Of a stretch of DNA of 64,000 nt, positions 42,246 to 55,784 are shown in pieces. Within the stretch, counting starts at the first letter, position 1, and each line of letters starts with the position of its first letter. Location: assembly GCF_009914755.1 (NCBI RefSeq), contig NC_060936.1; one strand, written 5' to 3'. Position numbers and translations under genes: made by a program. The notes below the pieces were generated by a model. It did not search any database, was not told the DNA's origin, and worked only from the letters and a program-made list of their open reading frames with translations. This DNA is from the human T2T-CHM13v2.0 reference genome, Homo sapiens.

Positions 42246-43096
42246 TTGTAGCATGCCTTACACTTATTGACTTGGGAGAGTTTTTTTTCTTAAAAATATA
42301 GTATCAATATAATTTTAGCAAATCTTACTGCCATTAGAAATTGGTAACATTTATTTGAGGATAGACTTCAAAATCTTTATGAGACATAAGAAAATGAAGT
42401 TCCAGAATAACAGGAATTTGAATGGTAGTTTTCACCTTTCAGAGGATGGTTTTTTGGGGGTGGTAAGAAACATCTAAGTATTGGTTCTCATTTGGGTGCA
42501 TGCTTAGAGGCATCAGTAGTTTCTGGTAAAGTAAGGGTCTTTCAAAAGAAAGACAAATGAATGATACTGTGTAGGTGCAGTTACATCATAGGCATCACAA
42601 TAAGGTATAAAAGTAAAGCATTATGACTTTCACCTTGGGAAAGAACTTTGAAATGAGGAAAACAAAATTGCCCAATAAGGGTGATATTTTATAACCAACC
42701 AGTGTGGACTAGTGGAGCATAAAGTTTCTTTAAAGACACAAAATAGCTGTAGCTTGGATTGCACATGTGGATACATCAAAATAAATATGTGTCAATCAAA
42801 AGTAATATATGAGAGTTTCTGCTTTGGCACATTCTAACTTGGTGTTATCAACCATTTACATTTTTCATAAGCTAAATAGTACGAAATAATCTCATACAGT
42901 GGTTTTAATTTACAGTTTTCTAATGACTAGTGATGTGGAGCATCTTTTTATATGTTTATTTATCATTTGAGTTTTCTCTTCTGTGAACTGACAGTGCATA
43001 TGTTATGCAAATATCCAACCTTCAATGTCCAATTTTGAAGTCTTCTAATAGATGTGAAATTTGTGTATAGATTCTTTTGAACTCTACCTAGACAAC

Positions 43097-43481
43097 ATGG
43101 GAGAGACGGAGATGCTTACCAAACCCATTCTCTTCTTCCCAGGCACACAGTTACAGCGTGTTTCCCCATCTCTCAGTTGTTTTGCCATGTGACGGACTGA
43201 ATTCTAGAAAATGTAATGTGGACAGAAATATTGCTATACCTATTCCATAAAACTTCCCACAAATGAACCTTCATTGTGTTTTACCATTTACCAGCTGGTT
43301 GGAGAGGATCAGGATCTAAAGGGGGTCACAGGTGAGACGAGTAATCATGTGAAAGGCTGCACAACAGAGAACTCCCACATTGGACTATAATTTGAATGGG
43401 AAATTAATCTATTGGGTTAAGCCACTGAAAATTTGAAGTTTATCTGCCATAGCAGCTAATATTGTCATTAACTAATATACA
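43097..43481 (+). mobile_element. LTR16-like ERVL solo LTR
   Basis: CCATGTGAC..GAATTCTAG..AATG..AATGTGG; GTTAAGCCACTGA; ends AACTAATATACA. Confidence 0.55.
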
Positions 43482-43712
43482 CTATGTATCGTTGTGAATA
43501 ATGACTATTTTGTTTCTTCCTTTACAATCTCTATACTGTTTATTTCCCAGGAGTTGACATTTTATTATGTTTTGTTTCTTTCTTTTCACTTCCCCGCCGT
43601 GTCACCTAGGAACTCTAGTTCAATGTTGAATAAAAAATTTTGAAAGTGGCCATCTGTATTTTGTTACTGAATTTCGAGGGTATGTTGAAGTTTCTCTTTT
43701 AAGTGGGGTTTT

Positions 43713-43875
<163 letters not shown>

Positions 43876-44799
43876 TAGGTTTTTCATACATAAACTTAAT
43901 TAGGCTAAGAAATTTTCCTTAAATTCCTAGTTTACTAAGAAAATTTTACTGTAAATCTGTATTGAATTTTGTCAAATGTTCATAGGCTTGTATTAACATA
44001 GTAATACATATTTTTTGGCCTTTAATCTGTTAATGTAATGAATTACATAACAGACTTTTCCAATGTTAAACTATCGTACATTCCTGGGATAAATCCCCTT
44101 CTGTTTTTACATATTATTGTTGTCTAATATTTTATATAATAGTTGGCCAATATACCAATGTTTGCTATACTGCTTTTATATCACTGTTATTGGTTATTAT
44201 TTTCATTCTTGATTTACATGGCCAATGTTCATTTGGTTTTACTTACATATTTACCAGTTTCTTTACTCACTACTGTCTCTTTCTTCTCACTTTTTCCTTT
44301 GAGTTCAGCTTTCTTATTTCTGAATTACAGTCTTCACAGTTCTTCAGCTAATAGCAAAGTTTTAAAGTCTTTTTCTGACAATGCCCTTTTTCATTCTTAT
44401 TCTTGAATTTTAGATAGCTGGGTATAAATCCTTTGAAGACACTGAATTCTATTCTGAATTGTATTGTTGTTATTGAAAGGTTCTTCTTCTTCCTCCTCCT
44501 CCTGCTCTTCCTCCTCCTCCTGCTCTTCCTCCTTCTCTTAGGTAATATCTTTGTCTTTGTTTCTTCTTTAGATATTCTCTTTGTCTTTGATGTTCTGTGT
44601 TTCACCAAGGATGCACTGTGTAATGGCTCTAGTTGTGAGTTTCTTTTTATTTACCCTATTTAGGATTCTTGACTTTAATCAAATCAATTAAAGTGTACTT
44701 TTCTCCCATTCTTTTAATATTCTCTATGTGGAATTCTTATGAGACATAGATTAAACATTACTTCTATGTCTCTTTTTAACATATCTATATACCTCTCTG

Positions 44800-45021
44800 T
44801 GAATATGCACACACATACACACATATATAATATATATATTTGTATATGAATATTACATATATTTTGTGTATATATTATAGATAAAAGTATATATACATGT
44901 GTATTTATATGCATATTGCCTGTGTATATAAAATTAATCATATGTAAGTTTAATTTCTATATAAATTATATATAACTTTAATTTATAGTTAATTTAATTA
45001 TATAAAGATTACATATATATA
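44800..45021. repeat. AT-rich (TA)n/(CA)n low-complexity region
   Basis: Degenerate TATA/CACA runs. Confidence 0.8.
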
Positions 45022-45647
45022 TTTGTTGTGTTTTGTTTTTACTTGCAGTGCCGAGAATTGAGGTAATCATGTTGCTCAGTTCATGGCACACTATTGTTAT
45101 CAGTGGGTGTACTATTTCTCCCTTGGTTGTTTGTTTAATCATTCCTCTTTATTCTCATTTCCCACTTATATTTTCCTTCTCCCATAGGAATCTAATGTAT
45201 TTGTTAGAATAAGCAACAGCACAGTACCACAGTTGTATAAATTAAAATATATACCCACTAAAGAACATTATGTATTTTTAAAGTACCTATTTCTCACTTT
45301 CTATATTCAGCATTCTGTTTTAAAGATCTATATATGTTGCTGTATATTTATCTAGTTCACTGCTTCTAACTGCTGCATCTTAATATATAATGTGCTGTCA
45401 TTGCATTTCCCTGATTCACTCTTCAGTGCTGGAAACTCAGGGAACTTCCAACTTCCTGCTGTGCAAACAATGATCAAATAAACATTCTTTTACATGGGTT
45501 TTATAGACCCTTTTGAGAATTTCTCTGGGATGTATTCCTAGGAATTAGATTGATTGGTCATTGGATAGACATATTTGAGCCTTATCCTCTTATATTTTGC
45601 ATCTTTTGCTGAATTTGGGATAGTTTCATTAAATTGATCTTCCAGTT

Positions 45648-46201
45648 TGTATTTTATATGTTTTAAATTTTCTGTATATTATGATGTTTTGACATCTTAA
45701 AAAACCCTTTCTTGCTGTAAAGAGACCGCCCTTCCTGGCTCTAGCCAATTCTTAGAGATAGCAAAGGACTCAGTTAGGAGCGTACTTTAGATTTGCAAAT
45801 TAACCAAGTTGTGTATCTTCTGTGTGGCCTGTACACCCCCAGGGAAAAATATGCTTGTGTCTTAATCATCCCAGGGCCATGTACCAGGCAATTAGGGACT
45901 ATCTCTATAGTTTAGAGCCTGCAGTTATTATTCAAACTAACCAATTCTAAGAAGTTTATCCTGCCCTCCCTCACGCTTCCTGTCCCACGGAAGCTCCAAT
46001 AAAATTCTAGTTTTGGTTTTCCTCTTACTTCTGTCTTCTGCCACCTGACCAAAACCTGGTGATTCCCCGGTAACTCTGTATGGCATGTGGTACCCCCCTC
46101 TCTAGAACCTGTGAAAGTAATAATAAACTTTGTTTTCTTGTGGCTTTCCTGTGTCCCCTGTGCTGCACCTGATTAACCATCACCTAAAAGAACTCAGAAT
46201 A
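45648..46201 (+). mobile_element. MER73/MER74-family ERVL solo LTR
   Basis: CTAGCCAATTCTTAGAGATAGCAAAGG, AATCATCCCAGGGCCA.GTACCAGGCAA, ATTATTCAAACTA.CCAAT. Confidence 0.75.
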
Positions 46202-46432
46202 CGATTCATACATTTTCTCTTCATCTGCCTCTAATATGATATTTTTAAAATGTAAATGATTAGAAGCTCTATTTGAGGATAATAGATTGAGAAAATGATT
46301 GAGCAGAAAAAGTAAATCAAATGAGAATACTAAGACCCTTCAAAAAAGATATGGCAGAAATTCTTCATGTGTTTTACAATTTTAGAATGTAAACTCATAA
46401 TTTGTTTTGAGTTCATTTGAAAGAATCACATT

Positions 46433-47110
46433 TGTACCAGTCATGAGTTGATCAGAAAAACGGATCGTCATGAATGAAATAGAATAGTGGATTTAATTAG
46501 ACCTTGTACAATTGGGGAACTGGTTAAGAAGTCCATGTCAGGCTGTTGCTTTTTCATGTGGTATTTACTGGACCTGGGGTCACTGTAGATAAGCTGGAAG
46601 GCAATCAGGAATGAGAGTTGGATTTGAAATAGGAAAGGGCAAGGACAAACTGGAACCCACAAGGTCAGACGGGAACCCCAGAAGACAAAATGGAGCCCAC
46701 CAGGACAAACTGGAATTTGACTCTGTCTCTCATGATCTCTAACTTCAATAATGTTAGTGACCTGCAGAGAAGTTTGAACCCTTCATCCTGAAGTTGCACA
46801 TACACTTGGCCCAGGACTGAAGGAAGTCAAAGAAGGAAATCCACTGGAAGCTGGAGAACTGTGGGTCTAGGTGCTTCTCAGTGTCAATAAGGTGGGTTAA
46901 TAGATTAGTGACAACATGTGCAAATTGCCAATGCCTGGTGTCATATATTGAGTTTCAGAGTATAAAATGGTGGCTTCTTCATTTGTGCCCTTCAGTTCCC
47001 AGACCAATGTGCTTTATGGCCTACTCCAAATTGAGAAACACACAAAGAAATAAATTCTGAGAATGTAATTCCAGTTTAGCTAGGTTGACATAGTATAAAA
47101 CCATATTACA
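46433..47110 (-). mobile_element. LTR41-type ERVL solo LTR
   Basis: TGTACCAGTCA ... GGACAAACTGGAACCCAC tandem ... AGCTAGGTTGACA...CCATATTACA; matches recalled LTR41 consensus. Confidence 0.75.
46756..46927 (+). pseudogene. Decayed APOA4-like coding fragment captured within the LTR
   Basis: With two 1-nt frameshifts it reads SDLQ-KFEPFILKLHIHLAQD*RKSKKEIHWKLE-LWV*VLLSVNKVG**ISDNMCKL, collinear with APOA4 [58 protein letters not shown]. Confidence 0.75.
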
Positions 47111-48754
47111 CTAGTTTAGTTGAAGGTATGTATCTACGGATATATTTTGTGTTTATTTCTTTTACCACCCTTGAAGTATCTCCAGCTTTGGATTAATTTT
47201 AATGTAAATTTTTCATTTTGGAGCTTTCTAGACCAATAGCCAAACTTAAAATGAGTTACTTGACAGTGGTTCTGGGTTCTCAAGGAAGAGTCTCTATTTC
47301 GCCATTCTGAACAGAGGCTGAGAAGACAACTTACCCAGTTATTTCCCTATACCTATGGGCATATTAGTTCACACTTACGCTGTTATTTAGAGTGGAGTTT
47401 CTCTAGGTTCTAGACTCTGGTGGTCTCTGTTCCAACTCCCTATAGGAGTAGGGACAGACGACCTTATCTCCTGCCTCACAGTGGATATTAAGACATCAGC
47501 CTCTAGATTACCTAAGACAGCCCTTCCCCAGAGTAGACAAAGAGTCAGATCTGGGCTTTACTGCTGTGAGTTTCAGTTCTCTATTATTCTCTGTCCCCTG
47601 AAGAGCTATTTATTTTCCTTCTAGTTCAGAAATGCATTAAAAATTAAAAAAAAAAATCTAGATTTTTCAGATGTTTTTAGTTGACATTTTCAGGCTAACT
47701 ACTCTGCCATGTTACCTGAACAGGGAGTCCATTGCATTTGCAACCAAGAACTTAAATGCAGAGACCTCTTTTACAAGGATAGGGTGCTTTAGCAAATTCA
47801 GATTTACAGGAAAGAAAATTACAAATATACAAAACAGATCAATTAGAGGGATGAATTTGCATAACAAAAGGACTCGCCATAGGACTAGTTAAAATAGCTA
47901 GGATCTAACAGTGAATTTAGAGCATCTAGGAAAATGTGCATTGTATAAATCTATCAGGCCTGTAGTTAAAGAAATGCGGGGATGAATCCTTTTGTAAAGC
48001 AGAAAGTCCTTTTTGTAATGTGAATGAGTACTCTCTAATTTACAAGTCTGTAAGTTTGAGAAGTTTGAGTCTTTGTGTATCTGGCTTCTCAAATAATAGA
48101 GATCCAGAATAAGTTATTTATACAGAGAGTTCAGGTTTAACTCTCCTGAGTATGATTTTTCTATGTTAATATAAAATAATCAAAACAATCTGCATATTTA
48201 AAGAATGGAATCATGAGGTCCTTCAGACGTTTAATATGTGCATTTCTACATAATTTCCCATGGGTCTTGTTACTGGAAATATGTTGAAGACAAATGTTTC
48301 CACAAAATGACCGATTTCTTTTGATAGATCTATTTAAGCACACAGTAAAAAACATCTTGACCAGAAACATAATTGCTAATTCACTGTGTTGGACATTAGC
48401 TATTGAGTTATTAACCAGTTATCTGAGGGCCTACCATGTGCTGATCAGAGAGTCAGAGTTCCTTAGATATCAGGTACCCAAACTCTTCATTTTCCAGATG
48501 AAGAAACTAGTGATGTCAAATGACTTGATAAACAGTTTCATGGCTACTCAGAGGACTGCATGAAACTTCCAGCATATTATACTGCTTTCTTTAATAGAGT
48601 GAAAGAGTCCACTAAATTAAAGAGGTTGTCAACTCCATGGATGAGAAATTTATGTTAAGGAACCATGACTCACCCCGAAGGGTGCCAGACTGAGTCTGTG
48701 GCCCAGTGCAAAGGGCACAGAGACATGCCATCAGACAGGCTTGTGCCTGCATGT

Positions 48755-48935
48755 CTTGCATTGACGTTGGGCAATTTATTAACTTCTCTGAACTGCAGTT
48801 TCCCCATATGCAAAGCAGAAAATTAATACTCATCCTGCCATCCTGAAAATGTATTGTTAGAAAAGAACATTATTATATGGGAGATATACTTTACTGTATA
48901 AACTCCAAGGTACTTTAAAAATGTCATTTGTTATG
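48755..48935 (+). mobile_element. MIR fragment
   Basis: TTGGGCAATTTATTAACTTCTCTGAACTGCAGTTTCCCCAT. Confidence 0.7.
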
Positions 48936-50819
48936 ATTATTGCCATAGCTACTCTAGAGAATGCATATATCAAAAGATCTATGAACTTTCACAAATATTT
49001 TTGCAGAATAATCAAGGAACAAGTTGTTAACCTTTTTCTCAGAAGCAATAAACAAGAAAAATCTAGACTAGATGTTTATACAAAAAGTTATTTACAATTC
49101 AGAGCTGTGTCCAATGTCATTTGTTATCATTATTCTTATATGAGTGAATTAAATATTTTTTAAAAAATTAATACATGGAAAGCAATCAGAAGAATGATTT
49201 GCACACAACAAAATGTATATGAACATTGGTTATTGTTAATTATATCCTCATACTTTTCTATTCCTCCTGCAATTGTGCAAGCCAAACTCTCTCAACTCTG
49301 AATTTTATTTTCTATTGTTTGAAATGACAAAGATCATGGGTAGCTGATAATTCAAGCATTGTTTTTGCTCAATGGGAAGACTAAGATGTTGCTTTAGGGA
49401 GTAAAAGTATGGGGAGACATTGTAACAACAGCTATAGCGTCAAAGGACAGTGTGTTTTTAAATGTATGTATACATTATACATTTATTCCCACTTAGCTTC
49501 TGTTATAAAAGTCCTGAGACATCTTCTGGGCTTTGATCTGTTTATGGATCCAGATGGCAGAGAGGTGATGAGACCACAGGTTAGAGAGAAAATTTAGTCA
49601 CAAGATTGGAAATTATAAGCCTTTTACTGCTTAATTATTCCCTTCCTGAATTTCAGGATATGGTCACCTATGAAGGTTATTTTACTTCAATCAATCCTTG
49701 GATGAAGAAGACAATAACCATAGCTGTACAAAAGAATAATGAGATTTAAGTATTGCACCGATTTTTACCTACATTCTCTAATTGCTCATTACCTAAGGCA
49801 GCTCAGAAATGACGAACTGGCTCCTTTTTCATGGTCAGGACAGCTGCTTTTATATGTTACATACTTGTTTAATATGAACTTCAATGGTTTTTAGAAGAAG
49901 GAATAATTAGAACAGGTACAGCCAGGGGATTTTTATAACTCCTTTAATGAATACTAAATAGTATTTTATCTTTAAAAGGGACCATGGCTGCCCTTAACTG
50001 CAACCAAGTTCATTAATAAAAAGTTTTCATGCAGCAGACACAAAACAATATAAAGAAACCAGAGAAAAATCTAAACTGAGAGCTGTAGTTACTATCTGTG
50101 CTAAGTGAATCAAGCCTACTTGCAAAGATGCATAATTATTTTTTAATAAAAAAGAAATAAAAGATTTTGCTGGCTTAACCAACGACAGGTAATGATACTA
50201 AAAATGACATGAGAGTAGGATGCTGTATACTGATTCCAGCTGCTTCTCTTTCGAGTTGGGATTATCTGAATTGGAAAAGAAAATCCCCATTTCCCCAGCA
50301 AGGTACAGATTTTACAAAACAGAGATCCATCCTTGACATGGTAAATATCTAATGAAACCACCTCTTCTTTCCATTTTTTTCCCACCCTGAGCCACATGCT
50401 GTATATTAAATAAAGGACTCAACTTTGTTCGTACTGGAGAAGTTGTCTGGGCTGCTGCAGGATGGAGGTTTACCTGAGGTTACCTGTATGAAGGGTGAAT
50501 TGCTCACGCTTTAGAGCACTGTTATCTTTCTCCCCATGTACTCCTTCAACAGCACAATCTACAGTGAAGTACTTGTCAGGGTAAGCGGTGAGGAAAGTGA
50601 GAGCAGGTTGATCAATAAAACATAGACTGGAGGAAGCCTCTTCCACAGGAAACTAACAATGCATAAGAAGCATATTCTTAACAATGTTTGGCAGGAAACT
50701 CAGCAGCATGAAATGTACTTAATGTTTAACAGAAGTTCTGGAAGAAGGCAGCTTTACACGTGACGTAAAGAAGATTGACTGAAGGCATGCTGGGGTCTCT
50801 ATGGAAAGAGATTTGGATG

Positions 50820-51005
50820 TGAATAGACCTGGGCTTGAGCCCTGGCTCCACCATGTTCTCAATGTGGGAATGTGTGTGAGTTCCTGCTCCTCCCCTTCCT
50901 CTGCTGTAAAATGGGAATGGTAACACCTGCCTTACCAGACTATAAGCAAACAGTGATCTGAGATGTGTGAAAGCTTTGTCAACTCTAAAGCACTATTAAA
51001 ATGCT
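50820..51005 (+). mobile_element. MIR (MIRc/MIR3-like)
   Basis: AGACCTGGG...CTGTAAAATGGGAATGGTAA...GTGAAAGCTTTGT.AACT.TAAAGCACTAT. Confidence 0.7.
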
Positions 51006-51669
51006 TCAGGAAAGTAGAGGGAATTTATCCTGGTCACCTGCCTTGGGAACAGTCACGAAACCATAATGTGTTCCCAGTCCTGACACTGGCTTCCCTCTGG
51101 CTCAAAAACTGGGTCTTGCAATGACTGGCTTTCTTCTGATTTTCAAGGTTGAGTGACTGGCAGTCTGCCTGGGCACACGTCAAAGAGCACCACCACATCA
51201 ACTGCATGGCTGCAGTCCCTGTGCAGGCAGCTTCCTTTGCTCCCCAGCAAGTGCAGGGGCTGGCAGAGGCTGCTTCAGCCTTGTATTGTAGGGGGAAATA
51301 GGTGCCACATGCTGTTATGACCATGGTGATGGTGGGGGCGACTGGTGCTTCTACATACCCTGGTTCTAAGCTCCTTTTCTGGATCTTTGTAGTTACACAT
51401 GGGAGTCAACAGCCCACTGCCTTCCCTTTATCCTCTATCTACCCCATTGCCTTCTTCCAGCTTCCCCCCAACCCCCACCCCCGTCTAATGAAAAAGAAGT
51501 TAAATTCCTATCTTAGCATCAAATCCAGCTGTAGTTTTTTCTCCCAACTAAGCACATGCAGTACGGTACCTCCTCCTGTACCATATACCTCCTCCAGTAA
51601 GATACTCCTGATCTCTTTCTCCTCCTCTAGGCTCACTTTAAGGTCCTTGTTGTATGTGACCCTATGTAT

Positions 51670-51832
51670 ACCCTGAATGTGGTTCTTATTGAACTGTACT
51701 ATAACTGTTAACTTGCTTTCAATTAGAATGCGAACTCTTCAAAGGAAATTCTTACTCACCAGTTGTCTCTCCATCATCTAGCATAGTGCTTGGCATACAG
51801 TAAGTAGATGTAAATGATTATCGAACTGAATT
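51670..51832 (+). mobile_element. L2 3' end
   Basis: CTAGCATAGTGCTTGGCATACAGTAAG...TGAATTGA. Confidence 0.65.
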
Positions 51833-52398
51833 GATCAGACCCTACCACTCCCATTGATTTAAAATTATACATATGCAAAGAAGGGTCATTTTGAGACCAC
51901 AGTGCAATCAAGATGAACATGTCTCTAACTTCTGACTTCTCTCTTTCTGAATCCGTCTACCCTAGCTCACCCATCTGTCTCTGCAAGAAGGGCCAAGAAG
52001 AGCACAGACTCAGTCAAACAAAGATGGAACAAAATTGGTCACAACTTGAACTATTCCTTCTTTATTTTCCATTTCTGTTTTGACCCTTTAAAAGGAATTT
52101 CAAAATTTTACTTTCTTCTGGTGCTACTAACGTAAAATGCCTAATAATCTCTACATGGATACACGATTTGAATAATTATACACTTGATGGGGTTATAAGG
52201 AAAGTTTGGAAATCATCTTACACCTTCTAGACATATTCCAAGTCAAATTGATTAAAGAAATTAGTTCTTTCTCCTTAGTTCTAAATCATATGCCAGGAAT
52301 TCCAGGTTTGTGGATTTGTCATTTAATTGCATATTATTGATAAATAGTATTAAAGACCTTTCCTGAGGACTCACTGTTCTGAGTGGTTTCTATAGCTC

Positions 52399-52913
52399 TG
52401 TGACAGATGTTACCAGTTGGCCAGTAAAATCCATTCCAATTTCCTCTCTCTTGCTTGTTTTCTCCTGCAGAGCCTGGAAAAAGCTAAGACACACTTTCCC
52501 AGTCTCCTGCAAGTTGGACGGTGGCTGTGTGACATGGTCTGGCCAATGAGGTGTAAACCTGAGTCTGCTGGAAAGATACTGGAAGAACTTTTGATATCCT
52601 GATAAAAGGAACACACATCTCTATCATTGCTCCCTTTCCCCTTCCTCCATCTGGGAATGCAGATGTGATGACAGAAGCTGCCATAGCCACTCTGCAGTCA
52701 TGAGGCAAAAAACACAAAAGCATGAGGACAAAGTGCCATCATGCTAAGGAGAGCACAGCAAAAAGACAGAAAGGCTCTGGTCCTAAATGGCACAGCTAAC
52801 AAGTGCCCATTTCCATGCCTCTTGCCAACCAACACAATTCATGTCCTTATGATTTCAATCCCTGGTGGTCAGGTTTTGGTCACTTGAAGCTAAAAGCATT
52901 CCTAACTGATTCA
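52399..52913 (+). mobile_element. LTR33-like ERVL solo LTR
   Basis: TGTGACAGATG start; CTGGCCAATGAG, CCTGATAAAAGG, GATGTGATG; ends GCATTCCTAACTGATTCA. Confidence 0.65.
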
Positions 52914-53278
52914 AACCCCAAATAAAAACATTGCCCTAATGATGAAACAGAAATTGGTTACTTTGGCCTCAATTAAAAAATGAAATGTAGCTAATCTTTA
53001 ACAAATTCAATCCTAAATAGTTCTCTTTATGCCTACTGTCAGGCAGGCCCTTCTTCTGTGGCTGGATCTGATTTCCTAAAGCCTTAATTTCTAACTCAAC
53101 ATAGCAAAGAGGTGGAGGGAAGCCATCGTGCCCAAACCCTCATGGGGGTCATGACTTACAGTTGACTGAGGATGGCCTCCATTTATCACATAGTCTATTG
53201 CAACTTGAGGTTCCTTTAACAAATACTAGGTTATAACATTTAAAGCTGATATCACAGCTTCTGTTACAAGAATATTAT

Positions 53279-53720
53279 TGTACTAGTTTCCTAAGGTTGT
53301 TGTATAAATTACCATAAACTGGGTGGCTTGAAACAGAAATTTATTCTCTTATAGTTCTGGGGGCCAGAATTCTGAAATCAGTGTGTCAGCAGGGCATTCT
53401 CCCTCTGAAGGCTCAAGGGGAGAATCCTTCCTTGCTTCTTTGAGCTTCTGGTGGCTCCAGGTGTTCCTTGGCTTGTGGCAGCATCACGCCAATCTTCGTC
53501 TTGTCTTTACATGGCCTTCTCTGCTTCCTCTTCTCTTTTGTCTGTCTTCTTTTCTTATAAAAACACTTGTTTGACTTAGGGCCTATCCTGTTAATCCAAG
53601 ATGATCTGATCTTGGATCCTAAATGAATTAGATTTATAAACACTCCTTTTCCAAATAAGGTCACATTCACAGGTTCTACGTGGACATATCTTTTGGAATG
53701 CCACCATTCAATCTACTACA
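53279..53720 (-). mobile_element. MLT1C-like MaLR solo LTR
   Basis: TGTACTAGTTTCCTA...AGGGGAGAATCCTTCCTTGC...TTTCCAAATAAGGTCACATTCACAGGTTC...CTACTACA. Confidence 0.85.
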
Positions 53721-54104
53721 ACTCTAGAAAATTTATTCCACTTTCCTTATTTATTTTTGTTGGGTCTCATGAACTTTGATTTTTTTAAGCTGTGTGAGGA
53801 AACATTTATGGCAATTTAAGTTTTGTGTTGCATCAGAATTTAAGGTTGTTTCAGGAAACACGTGTTTTATTTCACATTTTAAAGTAAAGAATTATTTCTC
53901 TGATTACATTTTAGTCTTTATTTCTCATGTTAAAGTAAAAAATAGGTGACTTCAGATCAGTAAGTATATCATGGTAGTGATATTAAAGAGTATTTACTAG
54001 GCTTAGTATAACTCAGGCAAAACATTTCTTGCAAATTATTCACCATAATCTTTGACATAGGCTGGATTATTAGTTTTAAGGCATGAATTACTTTCTACCC
54101 AGGT

Positions 54105-54263
54105 CAATGGTTTTTAACCCTGTTACACATTATAGTCACCTGGTGAACCTTTAAAAATGCATGCCCAGGACCCATTTCAACCAATGAATGCAAATATGTG
54201 GGGATGAGCTTGTGCATAAAAGTCTCCTAAGTTATTCTTATGTATAGTGAGGATTAAAAACTG
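54105..54263. mobile_element. MER5-family relic
   Basis: CAATGGTTTTTAACCCTG..CACATTA...TCACCTGG...TTTAAAAAT. Confidence 0.6.
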
Positions 54264-54530
54264 ACCTTGACTCTTATTAGCAGTTGCCTTATTCAACACC
54301 ATTTATTTATTCAATCAAGTAATCATTATGCACTTTTAAGTGTGTAAGTAGTTGCAGTACATATAAGGACATATAAGAAATGCAGGTTTATAATTTAGTA
54401 GTCATGGTGTATAATATTTTGTGTAATGTGCCATTTATACTCCAGGGTGGTAGAGCCAAATGCTTATAGAGACCTTCTCTGCTGGTCACTCTTAAAAATT
54501 CAAATCAATTTATAGAAGTAACTTGTATCA

Positions 54531-54709
<179 letters not shown>

Positions 54710-55339
54710 TCATTATTGCTTTAACTCCTCTGCACTCAGGTGCGTGTGTGAACACACACACACATTGCTGGTAATAATCAGAGCAAAATAAGACTCCTAT
54801 GGTTGACTATCTTCAGATTACACCCTTTACAAGGTCAGGAGCCTTTTAATTATTTTAGATCCCCCTTCCGCAGAGTAGAAACCAATATATGCTTGTAAAA
54901 ACTCACGACTGGTAGTGATCCCTATTAGTAGAAAAAGCTTGAGCAGTAAAGTTGCCTGTGCCCTGGAGAAGTGCTGAGGACTAGAAATTCCTCTAGCTTC
55001 CAGCTATTTGGGAAGACCCTTGGGTGTTGAGCCAACATTGGCAGGTGCGAAAGGGAATGACACTGGGGCTGAGGAGAGGATCTGGCAGCCAATTAGCAGC
55101 GCTTGTTAGAGCTCACCCCAGACTGCTGTGTGACTGCTCATTCAGACATTCATAGACACCCCTGTCACAAATAAGCCACCCAGAGCTCTGTAGTCGTACA
55201 AAGCAGCAATAGGAGTGGAGAAGAACCATGTTTGTCAGGAAGGCCCTGCATGCAAGAGAGCGGCAGGGCAGAGAGCAGAGTAGAGCTTGGAGGCTATAGT
55301 TGTAATAAGCTTTCAGGAAAAGAGAACTGAGCACCTTAA

Positions 55340-55636
55340 TTATTTTATTTTTTTTTTTGACATGGTCTTGGTCTGTCACCCAGGCTGGAGTGCAATGGCA
55401 CAATCACTGCTCATTTGCAGCCTGATCTCCTGGGCTTAAGCAATCCTTCCACCTCAGCCTCCTGAGTAGCTGGGACCATAGGCGTGTGCAACCATGCTCA
55501 GCTAGTTTTTGCATTTTTTGTAGAGACGGGGTTTCGCCATGTTGCCCAGGCTGGTCTCAAACTCATGGACTCAAGCAATCCACCTGCCTTGGCCTCCCAA
55601 AGTGCTGGGATTACAGGCATGAGCCACTGCACCTGA
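55340..55636 (-). mobile_element. AluJ
   Basis: Full dimer, CAATCCTTCCACCTCAGCC J-type motif. Confidence 0.88.
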
Positions 55637-55784
55637 CAAGCAATTTAATCCGAGGAGTCATGGAGTCTTATACATGTGAAGTCTTGTTGATGAAAGATAG
55701 GAAGATGGAGAGGAGCTGGAGGAGAACATGATATTAAGCCAAGTATTTAAAAACTACTGATGAGCTAGGAATCAAGCTGAGTGC

